From: a virus
Taxonomy: Duplodnaviria > Caudoviricetes
Direction: 5' to 3' (one strand)
Length of the DNA: 47,348 bases
IMG/VR virus record: IMGVR_UViG_3300021082_000040
Span: 1-47,348 of that record
Notes under the pieces: model-generated
The model's database searches: none
Seen by the model: only the letters and a program-made list of their open reading frames with translations
Told to the model about the DNA's origin: nothing
Part shown: positions 37,486 to 46,130 of the stretch, piece after piece
Layout: each line of letters opens with the position of its first letter
How positions within the stretch are numbered: position 1 is the first letter of the stretch
Made by a program: the position numbers and the translations under genes

Positions 37486-37695
37486 CTAGCGCCCCAATAA
37501 AGACTTGTTAGAGTCTTCTTGATCTTGAGAGGGTGTTGCCAGTGCCCCCGGCTTCGCTTGGTTCGCCTCGAGCTGACCCGCAATCTTCTGCGGATCAGTA
37601 CCTGGTTGTGACGGCGCTGCCGTCGGCATTGGAGTCGTTGCCTGTTGGATCGGAGCTGATGGTGGAGTCGGCTGTTGGTCGTTTCCGCCAAACAT
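37486..37695 (-). CDS. Pro-rich small protein, paralogue 2
   Basis: MFGG...KSLLGR, 69 aa. Confidence 0.7.
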   Translation of the reverse strand: MFGGNDQQPTPPSAPIQQATTPMPTAAPSQPGTDPQKIAGQLEANQAKPGALATPSQDQEDSNKSLLGR

Positions 37696-37696
37696 C

Positions 37697-37906
37697 TTAA
37701 TCCCCTAACAATGACTTAGAACCAGTATTAGCTGGTGTCGTGAGACCCCCGCTACCAGTTGCTATGGTTGCACCCACACCCGCCTTCGAGGCCGACCTGA
37801 CCTTTTGTCCAGCTTCGACAACGCTTGTGTCAGCTGGAGTAGGAGCCGGTGGCGGCACTGGAGGTGGTGTGGGTGGTGGAGGTGTCTTTCCGCCGCCGCC
37901 GAACAT
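37697..37906 (-). CDS. Pro-rich small protein, paralogue 1
   Basis: MFGG...KSLLGD, 69 aa; GGAGG RBS. Confidence 0.75.
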   Translation of the reverse strand: MFGGGGKTPPPPTPPPVPPPAPTPADTSVVEAGQKVRSASKAGVGATIATGSGGLTTPANTGSKSLLGD

Positions 37907-38235
37907 TATGGCCTCCGTTCGGTTTTATCAGGCTTGTCAGGCGAGAACATCGGCTTGCTTCGGCCTTCAGCACTCCGTGTAATCGGCGGCGCTTCAGGAT
38001 GTGCCCCCTCAGTAAAGAACCCAAGGATTGGATCATCAACGATCCCAATCCCTCGAATGGAGAAGTCCTCCTGCTGATCAGGGAACACACGCAAGCTCAC
38101 AAGCGCCCCATCAGCACTAACTCCCGTAACCAACGCAGCACTTTCCGTCCCCGGCCCAACACGAGCCAGTATCCTTGGATCAGCCGCGGCCATATCAGTC
38201 GGGGCCTTGTAGACTCCAGTAACACCTATCGCCAT
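37906..38235 (-). CDS. hypothetical protein
   Basis: AAGGAGG RBS before ATG 38235 (the track start at 38283 overlaps the upstream gene). Confidence 0.7.
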   Translation of the reverse strand: MAIGVTGVYKAPTDMAAADPRILARVGPGTESAALVTGVSADGALVSLRVFPDQQEDFSIRGIGIVDDPILGFFTEGAHPEAPPITRSAEGRSKPMFSPDKPDKTERRP

Positions 38236-38249
38236 CACGTCCTCCTTTG

Positions 38250-38420
38250 TTAAGCGTGAATTACGAAGCCGAACGAGTGCCATCCAAGCAAGAACAGCAA
38301 GATGAAGAACAAGAGTTCACTCGCGTAGAGATAAGGTCCAGTCAACCCGCCCCACCTCGTCCCAATCCACGAGAAGAACCACAGGATCATGAGCACCCAA
38401 AACAACAGACCTATAGACAT
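38250..38420 (-). CDS. small two-TM membrane protein, holin candidate (56 aa)
   Basis: MSIGLLFWVLMILWFFSWIG...ELLFFILLFLLGWHSFGFVIHA; GAGGTG RBS; not in the ORF track. Confidence 0.7.
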   Translation of the reverse strand: MSIGLLFWVLMILWFFSWIGTRWGGLTGPYLYASELLFFILLFLLGWHSFGFVIHA

Positions 38421-38424
38421 GACG

Positions 38425-38706
38425 TCACCTCGCAGGTGAGATGTGCAGCTCTTTAGTCATGATATTGATAACATTGTCCAGTCGCCGCTTGTTCTCGTTG
38501 GATGTACTCTCTAACACCGTCAAGCGGTTGTCGATCACAGCTAAGTGTGGCGAGCCCCTCGTCTCCAGCGTTACAACCCTTGCTTCCAGCTTCACCATAT
38601 ACGCAGTCATGCTCAACACGGCAGCACCAATTCCAATGGCTTGGGCTAATAAGAAGTAGACCAGCGTGGAATTGTCCTTGAGCCATGTCTTTGCTTGCTC
38701 AACCAT
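38425..38706 (-). CDS. TM + coiled-coil protein (lysis-associated candidate)
   Basis: One TM (LVYFLLAQAIGIGAAVLSM) followed by heptads. Confidence 0.65.
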   Translation of the reverse strand: MVEQAKTWLKDNSTLVYFLLAQAIGIGAAVLSMTAYMVKLEARVVTLETRGSPHLAVIDNRLTVLESTSNENKRRLDNVINIMTKELHISPAR

Positions 38707-38995
38707 CTTTCGGTTCCGGCATCTTTAAGAGCTTCGGCGGCACTGGAGCCTTTTGTGACTCCGCTACTTCCCAAGCATCAATCACCGGCTGGAAGCGTTC
38801 GATGTCTTCAATCGGCTCATTCAGCTTGTAATTGAATTGAGTTGAGGTATCATTGATAAACTCGATGTGGCCGGTCGTCCCATTCCACTGAACCGCATGA
38901 ACGCCCTCAAGCTCCTCGAATTGACTACAGTCAACCTTCCGAGGCTCTTTGTCAACGAGAACCACACCATCACTTGGAACTATAGTCAATTGCAT
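38699..38995 (-). CDS. putative tail fibre assembly protein
   Basis: VHAVQWNGTTGHIEF; downstream of the fibre genes. Confidence 0.6.
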   Translation of the reverse strand: MQLTIVPSDGVVLVDKEPRKVDCSQFEELEGVHAVQWNGTTGHIEFINDTSTQFNYKLNEPIEDIERFQPVIDAWEVAESQKAPVPPKLLKMPEPKDG

Positions 38996-39293
38996 TTCTC
39001 CCTCCATTCACCAGTGCTTCCCACTGTACCCGCTGTGATTGATTAGCACTTACCACTTCATTCCTAAAGCTTTCGACCGCGGCCCCTGTCGCCCTCTGTT
39101 GTTGCGAGTTCTCGATCATCAGCATTGGCATCCAAGCAAGCGCACAATTCCAGTGATCAACCATCTCTTCACTCTGTGGATGTTTTCCTCTTACATGAAC
39201 CCACAACGCACAAGTGTGACAGACAAGCTTCATCGGCTTTTGCCACAGTGGACACTTCAACGTGCCGGATGCTCTTGGTTTCTCAGTATCCAT
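38970..39293 (-). CDS. Cys-rich fibre-associated protein
   Basis: CPL..C..C..W...G.HPQ...W.CA..WMP...AAVESFRNE. Confidence 0.65.
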   Translation of the reverse strand: MDTEKPRASGTLKCPLWQKPMKLVCHTCALWVHVRGKHPQSEEMVDHWNCALAWMPMLMIENSQQQRATGAAVESFRNEVVSANQSQRVQWEALVNGGRNAIDYSSK

Positions 39294-40153
39294 CAGGCCT
39301 TACTCGCAATGATGAGATCGACGTACAGAACACTGAGGTTGAGGCCGTGTGCGTGTGCTCCACCAGCACCAGCAGCAACATCGTAGACAGCACCGTAAGC
39401 GTTGAGGCCGTTGCCATCAGAAGGTTCGTGGTGGAAGCCACCAGGACCACCGCCGGGGTTCAAGGTGTAGCCGTAAGTTTGGTGAGCATGATTCGCCATC
39501 GTGTTGCCATCAAGCGTAGCACCCTGCGTCGAGATCCCAGCAAACAAAGACGAAAACGTGTAAGTACCACCATTCACGCAGTTACCAGAGACAACTCTTA
39601 GCGCCCTATCATTAAACGTCGTCTGTTTCGTCCAGCCTGTTGGTGCGGCCGTCTGCTGAAACAGCATCAGGGTTCCGACAGGGAAGGAGCTGGCCGCAGC
39701 ATCGACGTACTGCTTAGTGGCCGCGTGAAGTGGTCCAGTCGGATTGCCCTTCAGAACAACAAGCCCATCAGCCCTGCTAATCCCAAGCGCCTGTCCAACA
39801 TAATCACCCGCGTCAGTGAAGTAGTGAATACCGAAGTACGATCCAACATTGCCACCACTTTCCGCCTGGGTGTCACCAATAGCTACATCCCAACGAGGCA
39901 AGCCTCCTATCATCGAGGTAATACTAGCCAACTCTCCAACTGCTGTCCTCTGGAGAATAATGTGCGGGCTTACATAGTTAACTATAAGTTGGCCGGTCAT
40001 CGTGTCGCCGGCCTTCTTAACGTAAGTCGGTGCGTCCGGTATCGTCTGTGCAATCCAAGCCGTCCCATCCCACTTATACTGTGGCACGCCCACTTGTGCT
40101 GGAGTCGGATAAAGATCACCGACTGTAGGTGAGGATGGGAAGTTGAGTGCCAT
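39293..40153 (-). CDS. tail fibre protein 2
   Basis: LNFP module, KKAGDTMTG, HAATKQYVD, FQQTAAPTGWT collar, H-x-H tip motifs; TAATG overlap at 40153. Confidence 0.85.
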   Translation of the reverse strand: MALNFPSSPTVGDLYPTPAQVGVPQYKWDGTAWIAQTIPDAPTYVKKAGDTMTGQLIVNYVSPHIILQRTAVGELASITSMIGGLPRWDVAIGDTQAESGGNVGSYFGIHYFTDAGDYVGQALGISRADGLVVLKGNPTGPLHAATKQYVDAAASSFPVGTLMLFQQTAAPTGWTKQTTFNDRALRVVSGNCVNGGTYTFSSLFAGISTQGATLDGNTMANHAHQTYGYTLNPGGGPGGFHHEPSDGNGLNAYGAVYDVAAGAGGAHAHGLNLSVLYVDLIIASKA

Positions 40154-42189
40154 TACAGCCACTCCACAATGAGAACACTGTTAGTATCGAAGAGGGTGCC
40201 GCCATACAGTATAAAACGAATAGCTAAGACACTAAGACCGGAACCCGGAGTCTGACAACGGTTATTGAAAGTAAATATCCCGTGTCCAGTTGCATTGTTA
40301 TAACCTCTCGATATGAAGTCACCTGAAAAATAATTTCCTGTTGTTTTTCTCTTCACCTGCATAAACCCATCCCAGTTAAAAGGAAGTTGACTATTATCTT
40401 GAGTTTGCACCAAAAAGAAACCTGCAATAGAAGCATTATTAGTATAGTAGGCCCAAGCTGCAGCTGGATAAGCAGTAAACTGATTCCCACTAAAGACATA
40501 GCCCCCTACTGAGTTAATAAACACTCCGGCCGAAGTACTCAGCTGTATCATAGGATATGTATTGCCAGCTCCCGCAAAATAAGCTGAACCACTTAACTTC
40601 GCTGCGACAGCACCCGCGGGGACTGGAATGTCAATTAAGTTAAGTCCATCTAAAGTGAAGCGTTGTCTGTTCGATGTCTTGAGATCGACGTACTGCTTAG
40701 TAGCAGCGTGAAGCCCTGACGTAGGATCGCGGGGCAGCACAAAGTTTCCGCCATCTAACTTAAGCTCGGCTGCAGCGCCACTTCCACTCGCGATCAATCG
40801 AGCATCGAAGTCAGTAACCGCTGCACCTGAGTGGAAATCAATGAATGGAGTGCTGGCAACGCCATCCATCCTGCCAATCTCGATATTGCTGATACCACTA
40901 TTTAAAGTAAGTGATGCATTGCCAGCTGGTGTACTGATCACCAGGTTACCAGTCATCGTATCGCCAGCCTTCTTAACAAGCGCTGACGTATCGAGCACTG
41001 GTGTCGCAACCGCCTGGACCCACTGAACAGGGCCTACGCCATCATTATAGCGGAGATAAAGAATGCCAGTATCACTTTCCCACCACAGCGTGTTGTCGAG
41101 TGGGGTGGGTGGTGGAGTGTCGCTTACGATGATCGGAGCCTTGCTGTCGACGTACTGTTTGGTGGCGGCCTGAAGTGGAGCGGTCGGGTTGGCGTTCAGT
41201 GTCAACGCCCCCGTCATAGTATCGCCGACAATATCGACGAACTTAGTGTCCGCCTCAGCCTTCGTATAAGACTGACTGGCTGTCTGTGCTGCGTACCAAA
41301 CACCTCTCACCGATGACCACTTCCAGACCGCCCCCGCATACGCAGTGAAGGCTTGATCGTTGACTGGTGCGACGGGGAAGACTATCTTTGTGTAAGCGGC
41401 TGGCTGCGCAGGAATGTAGGGAAGAGGCTCAATCCACTGATGGCCACCTCCGTCGTTGTAGTAGATGTAAGTGATGCCTGTCGCCGAGTCGAGCCACATC
41501 GTATTGTCAGCTGGTGCAACGGGCTTGGTCTCACTGACGAGGATCGAGGCTCCACCCCCGCCTCCACCAGACGAGTTAATCGTTACATCCACCTCTTCAT
41601 TAACAGCATCATCCGCAACAGCCAGTGTAACATTCAAGCCCTCGATAAAGTTGATCGCTCGTCTGATCCCCATCGAGACGCCAGCAAGCTTAACCTTAAC
41701 TCGAGCGTTGTCATCAGGCCCAATGGCCCCAATCACATTCCTCGCATCTTGAGCCGTGGGTGAGCGAACGAGTTGCTGACCAACGCTTGAGCTGTCGCTG
41801 ATCTGGGCGACTGGGTGAGAGTGAGCGGAGGGTGGGAACTCGCTTGGCTTGTTCTCAATCTGGTTCCAATCAGTCTCACTGAGTGGAGGCAGCTGGCTTG
41901 TTGGAACGAGGCCATTTCCATCGAGCGAGGCGTAACCGTTCGGGAAGCCTCTTGCACTCGAGTCTTGCTTTAGATCTAAACCCGCTTGCAATCCAGTGAC
42001 ATCCGCGATGATGTGAGAGTGGGCGGAAGGCGGGAATGTAGCGGGCTTCCCCCCAATCTCACTCCAGCTTGCGGCCGAGCGAAGCACTCTCCAGGCGTGT
42101 CGCCCCGAGTCGTATTGCCACGTCAGCGGAATACCAGCAGGGGTGTACTGTTGGCCTTGCTGCGGGTTGATTGGAAACTGAATTGCCAT
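40153..42189 (-). CDS. modular tail fibre protein 1 (678 aa)
   Basis: Repeated FPPSAHSH, VSDTPP..DNTLWW.SDTG, GDTMTG and AATKQYVD modules. Confidence 0.85.
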   Translation of the reverse strand: MAIQFPINPQQGQQYTPAGIPLTWQYDSGRHAWRVLRSAASWSEIGGKPATFPPSAHSHIIADVTGLQAGLDLKQDSSARGFPNGYASLDGNGLVPTSQLPPLSETDWNQIENKPSEFPPSAHSHPVAQISDSSSVGQQLVRSPTAQDARNVIGAIGPDDNARVKVKLAGVSMGIRRAINFIEGLNVTLAVADDAVNEEVDVTINSSGGGGGGASILVSETKPVAPADNTMWLDSATGITYIYYNDGGGHQWIEPLPYIPAQPAAYTKIVFPVAPVNDQAFTAYAGAVWKWSSVRGVWYAAQTASQSYTKAEADTKFVDIVGDTMTGALTLNANPTAPLQAATKQYVDSKAPIIVSDTPPPTPLDNTLWWESDTGILYLRYNDGVGPVQWVQAVATPVLDTSALVKKAGDTMTGNLVISTPAGNASLTLNSGISNIEIGRMDGVASTPFIDFHSGAAVTDFDARLIASGSGAAAELKLDGGNFVLPRDPTSGLHAATKQYVDLKTSNRQRFTLDGLNLIDIPVPAGAVAAKLSGSAYFAGAGNTYPMIQLSTSAGVFINSVGGYVFSGNQFTAYPAAAWAYYTNNASIAGFFLVQTQDNSQLPFNWDGFMQVKRKTTGNYFSGDFISRGYNNATGHGIFTFNNRCQTPGSGLSVLAIRFILYGGTLFDTNSVLIVEWL

Positions 42190-42198
42190 CTCAGTGTC

Positions 42199-42660
42199 CT
42201 ACGGAACAGGGTTCAGGTGAGCGGGCTCGACCCAAACACCTTGTTGATAAATGAAGAAGTTGTTGATGGTGGTGTCCAGCCACGCCATTCCCTCGAGAGG
42301 CTGTGCAGGCACAGTATCGGAGATAACGATAGCAGAGACACCACCACCAGATCCACCAGTAATTACGGGCGTCCAAGCCTGATTCCGGCGGCCGTAGATC
42401 TGTCCATCCGAAGGAGCCTCGGGGAGGGCAGACGTGTCACTGACCGAGGGCGTCCATGTGCGGGGCTTTGCCAGGGCATCGTCTCGACTGACACGCAGCT
42501 CGTAATAAGGTGGATACTCCCCGGCGGGCCAAACGATCAGTGAGGCTTCACCACCAGTGATGCTCGTGACCATTCCCGAGAGGTATTGTCCCGGTCCCCA
42601 CCTCTCTTCAAAGGCCGTGCCTGGTCTGAAGACAACCGGCTGTCCAAGCTGTATCGCCAT
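42199..42660 (-). CDS. fibre-associated protein
   Basis: EAPSDGQIYGRRNQAW and ISDTVP..GMAWLDT modules resembling the fibre genes. Confidence 0.7.
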   Translation of the reverse strand: MAIQLGQPVVFRPGTAFEERWGPGQYLSGMVTSITGGEASLIVWPAGEYPPYYELRVSRDDALAKPRTWTPSVSDTSALPEAPSDGQIYGRRNQAWTPVITGGSGGGVSAIVISDTVPAQPLEGMAWLDTTINNFFIYQQGVWVEPAHLNPVP

Positions 42661-42746
42661 TATTTTGACACTCCGCAAACGACAAGCAAAAGTATCAGGA
42701 TCAAGACCGTCCCCACCAAAAACTTATCAGCTTCGATGTGCCTCAC
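42660..42746 (-). CDS. tiny single-TM peptide (28 aa)
   Basis: MRHIEADKFLVGTVLILILLLVVCGVSK; GTGA and TAATG overlaps fill the gap exactly. Confidence 0.55.
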   Translation of the reverse strand: MRHIEADKFLVGTVLILILLLVVCGVSK

Positions 42747-44284
42747 GCGCTGATTCCAATCGCCCTGTTCGTGAAGGGGTCGTAGTCAACGCCTTCAGCC
42801 ATTGGCTGCTTCGACCGGAACTGTGCGTGCTCGCCCCCAGCATAAATGCTCGGCATCACAGGATAAGAGAAGGTAAGGGCAAGGGCGTCGCTCAAGTCCG
42901 GCGAAGCGTAGCCCCGTCGCTTCATATCCTCTTTGCGTTCCAGCTGAATCTCATCTCGAATGTTGAAGCCGTACTCCGGTCCAGGCAACTCTTCTCTGTA
43001 TTGTTGCATGAACTGACCTTCGTTCGGCAGGCAGCCGATCTCAAGCCACTTCTTCATTGAGTGCCATATCTCTGATCGTTTGTTAGCACTTCTTGCACCC
43101 TCCTCAAGATCTGTTCGGTCGCTCTTCCCTCCGAATTGGATGTCGAAGACAGGGACATGCAGCTGGCGAAGACGGTCAACAACACCACCTCCCACTCCGC
43201 CGCCGTCCACGAATACTGCGTCCGCCTTATACTGCGAAAAGACATCAGCGACCCTCCCTGAGAGTTGCATCGTATCGACGTTTCTCAGAATGATAGGCTC
43301 AACTGTTCGAGCGTCTCTTCCCTTGCGGAACGCGATGCAGCTGGCGTCGTCACCGAAGCGAGCAACGTCAACTCCAATAATAAACGGCTCGAATGGCGAG
43401 GCTCTTGCCGGTAGCTCTCTCTGAGTGGCAGCTTCAACTGTATCAAGCCCGATGAACTGCATCGACCCGCTTCGTGGAAACACTCCGCGGACGCGAACTC
43501 GAACGAAGTCGCTATCTTCGCCATAGTCCCTGACCCATCGTTTGAATTGCTCTTTGTTAGTAATGGAGACGGTTCTGGAGTCCACCTCGAACGTCTTCCA
43601 GCGGTAGCGGAAGCGGCCGAAGCACTCTCTAAACCGGCCGGAGTTACGAGTCGGGTTCCCACAGACCATCCATACGATCTGTGTATCACTGTCCGTCAAC
43701 GCGCCTTCAGTCGTCTCCCAAATCACATCTGGAATAGCCGAGGCCTCATCGAAGATCACCAGAATCCGCTTGCCCTTGTTATGGAGTCCAGCGAACGCTT
43801 CTGTGCTCCGCTCCGACCAAGCGATCAAGTCTATTCTCCAGCTTCGTTCGCGGTCAGGGCCTGTGTTGTAGATCGCAGTGGCTGTCATCTTAAAGTGTTC
43901 ACGACCCATGAACAGCCGGTGCCACTTCGTCAGCTCGGCCCACGTCTTCGTCTTCAGCTGCGTTTCCGTGTTAGCTGTGACCACTCCACGACAATCCTCG
44001 AAGGTGGTTAAAGACCAAAGAATGATCCACGCGACCAACGCACTCTTCCCGACGCCGTGACCGGAAGCAACAGCAAGCTGGATTGCTTGGTTCGCTGTGA
44101 GCAAGCCATCCCGAATCCCCTCAAGGACCGTCAGCTGCCATTGTTCCGGCCCTTTAAACCGTTCCAACTCCGTCTCCGGCGCTTCCCAAGGAAAAGCCCA
44201 AGCGACGAAACCAACAGGGTCGTTGGTGTAGCGAGCAAGTGCGTCAGCCATCTCTTTCTGAGGGTCTTCGATTTTAGCTAACAA
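42743..44284 (-). CDS. terL: terminase large subunit
   Basis: ASGHGVGKS, IFDEAS, GNPTR, GVDVARFGDD, SPDLSDAL. Confidence 0.95.
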   Translation of the reverse strand: MLAKIEDPQKEMADALARYTNDPVGFVAWAFPWEAPETELERFKGPEQWQLTVLEGIRDGLLTANQAIQLAVASGHGVGKSALVAWIILWSLTTFEDCRGVVTANTETQLKTKTWAELTKWHRLFMGREHFKMTATAIYNTGPDRERSWRIDLIAWSERSTEAFAGLHNKGKRILVIFDEASAIPDVIWETTEGALTDSDTQIVWMVCGNPTRNSGRFRECFGRFRYRWKTFEVDSRTVSITNKEQFKRWVRDYGEDSDFVRVRVRGVFPRSGSMQFIGLDTVEAATQRELPARASPFEPFIIGVDVARFGDDASCIAFRKGRDARTVEPIILRNVDTMQLSGRVADVFSQYKADAVFVDGGGVGGGVVDRLRQLHVPVFDIQFGGKSDRTDLEEGARSANKRSEIWHSMKKWLEIGCLPNEGQFMQQYREELPGPEYGFNIRDEIQLERKEDMKRRGYASPDLSDALALTFSYPVMPSIYAGGEHAQFRSKQPMAEGVDYDPFTNRAIGISA

Positions 44285-44304
44285 TGCTGAACTCCGCTTG
44301 GCCT

Positions 44305-44335
44305 AAAAAAGAGAGGGCGTTATGCGGACGCCCTC
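44305..44335 (-). terminator. intrinsic terminator between terS and terL
   Basis: Minus strand GAGGGCGT-7 nt-ACGCCCTC-TCTTTTTT. Confidence 0.7.
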
Positions 44336-44389
44336 GAGTTACCAAGGCCGGCTCGCGAACAACCTTGGAGGGGGTAAAGTGCCGGAGAA

Positions 44390-45007
44390 TCATTTCTGAT
44401 CCTCCGGCTCGCGGCCAAGCAGGCTGCTGTCGGTAGGAGCGGGGACTTGCTTGACCTCGATTGTTAAGGCTTGATTATGTTGGGGCCGCTCAGCGCGTTT
44501 CCTCGCCGCTTGAAGCTTATCCGCGAATGAGTTCAAGTCCACATTCATGTTCAAGCTTTTGGTGGTGGGCGCGAACCCCGTTCGATCAGCCAGTGTTTTA
44601 ACCATCTCAAGAAGCGCTCCGGGCGTGAACTCTTCAGGGTGGTCATCAAGTCTCTCACGGAGTTCCTCAAGGGCGTCCATACTGAGAGTAGCCATTCGGT
44701 CGTGGAGGTTCGCATAAGCGGTGTCCTGATGGCCGCGATAAAACTCGAGCAACTCCTTGAAGCTAGGATCGCCCTGGAGGACGCTTATTCGGCTGAGACT
44801 GTAGCCAGTGATCAGCGACGCTTCGCCAGGCTTCATACCTGCGCTCAAGGCTCGTGCAAGGGCGTGATGACTGTCGCGAAGCTTCGCTATTGGTTTTGAC
44901 TGGACTCCGCGTGGTGCGTCCAAGAGAACCAGATCCGCCTCGTTCAGTTCTCGAACGAAGTCCGTCTCCACTTCCGGAGCCGACGGCCTCCCTAAGATCC
45001 GTGTCAT
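44390..45007 (-). CDS. putative terminase small subunit
   Basis: HTH-like GMKPGEASLITGYSLSRIS, LADRTGF; upstream of terL; GGAGG before ATG 45007. Confidence 0.65.
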   Translation of the reverse strand: MTRILGRPSAPEVETDFVRELNEADLVLLDAPRGVQSKPIAKLRDSHHALARALSAGMKPGEASLITGYSLSRISVLQGDPSFKELLEFYRGHQDTAYANLHDRMATLSMDALEELRERLDDHPEEFTPGALLEMVKTLADRTGFAPTTKSLNMNVDLNSFADKLQAARKRAERPQHNQALTIEVKQVPAPTDSSLLGREPEDQK

Positions 45008-45486
45008 GGCCGCCTCCACTCAACGCGGATAAACTCTCTAATCCCCTCCGACGGATTGTAGCTGGGGTAGTGTTGCTTGAACTCGTATTCGCCATCGCTG
45101 AAGACCTTACCCTTCCCGAAGCCCCGCTTCTTCCAGAGGAAGTAGAAGGCCATTCCTGGGGCTCGAGAGTGGCCTTGATTGCAGTGGATCAAGACGTTCC
45201 GGCCCTTCTCCAGTTCGGCCTCGATGAACTCCACTCCGGCATCCATCATCTCTGGATGGAAGTAGGCGGCATTGATAGCATCAACCATGTTAAGGATCAA
45301 CTGATCACCCCGCCGAGCCATGAGATACTCCGGGTGTTCTCTCGGAGCACTTCGACCCTCGTAACCCAACGCACTCCGGTGCCACGGCTCCTTCGCGCAG
45401 GTAAGAAAAGACCAACCCGCCTCACTCCGACAAGCCTTGTAGTCCTCGGCGCTCCCGACGAAGAGATGTGGATGAACCTCCCTCAT
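45004..45486 (-). CDS. dual-specificity (CX5R) phosphatase
   Basis: VLIHCNQGHSR active-site loop; LNMVD general-acid region. Confidence 0.88.
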   Translation of the reverse strand: MREVHPHLFVGSAEDYKACRSEAGWSFLTCAKEPWHRSALGYEGRSAPREHPEYLMARRGDQLILNMVDAINAAYFHPEMMDAGVEFIEAELEKGRNVLIHCNQGHSRAPGMAFYFLWKKRGFGKGKVFSDGEYEFKQHYPSYNPSEGIREFIRVEWRRP

Positions 45487-45938
45487 CCGATCTTCTCCAA
45501 CTCGAACCAGTTCCTAACGGCGAGCACTTGCTCCGACCGGACTCGACTCCGCTCTGGATCGGCCTTGATCCGTTCAAAGAGTTCCTCTCTCGTAGCCGTG
45601 AGCACAATCAAATCACTGGACTTGACTCCGAGCGCCCTCACCCAATGCTCCCGTTGCTCTCGAAGCGGAGCGCCCATCACAACCCAAGCCACATCCAACG
45701 GCCCTAGCTGAGCCAACGCCTTCATTCGGCTTGCCCACTCCCTCATGACGAGGGCGAAGTGAGTGCTTGGCCATCCTCTCTTGAGTCCGAACGATTGAGC
45801 AATGACGTCGAGGTCGATCACGGTGTCACCTGTCTTCGCGTGGACTCGGACGTAAGTCGATTTACCTGAAGCCGGAGGCCCGCACACAAGTATCACACGA
45901 CAAATAGGACGCTCGATCGAAGGCCGTACAAGACTCAC
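45483..45938 (-). CDS. small P-loop kinase-like / AAA_33-like protein
   Basis: LVCGPPASGKST, VIDLD; GGGAGG RBS. Confidence 0.8.
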   Translation of the reverse strand: MSLVRPSIERPICRVILVCGPPASGKSTYVRVHAKTGDTVIDLDVIAQSFGLKRGWPSTHFALVMREWASRMKALAQLGPLDVAWVVMGAPLREQREHWVRALGVKSSDLIVLTATREELFERIKADPERSRVRSEQVLAVRNWFELEKIG

Positions 45939-45959
45939 GAAGCCCTCCCCATTGTTCGC

Positions 45960-45988
45960 AGTTTACGCCTCTCTCCGAGGCGTGTCAA
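45960..45988 (-). promoter_or_regulatory. late-arm sigma70 promoter with palindromic spacer
   Basis: Minus strand TTGACA-CGCCTCGGAGAGAGGCG-TAAACT. Confidence 0.75.
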
Positions 45989-46130
45989 GCCCCTTGGATC
46001 TTTTTTAGTGTACCTCTGAGTAACTGCGACAGTAAACAGTGATAGTGAGGTATGTCAGAAAACACTCGAGCGATATTCTGAGGGCTTGCAAAAACTGTGC
46101 CAAGTTGCTTCGTCGGGGCACCCCCACCCT

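Noticed and set aside
39293-42189. Diversity-generating retroelement, suggested by the BPP-1-like virion genes and fibre repeats
   Set aside because: No reverse transcriptase and no ~100-bp TR/VR pair with adenine-specific mismatches; the repeats are short in-frame modules.
44854-45711. 285-aa + strand ORF and many other antisense ORFs in the track
   Set aside because: They overlap well-supported genes on the opposite strand and lack RBSs or motifs.
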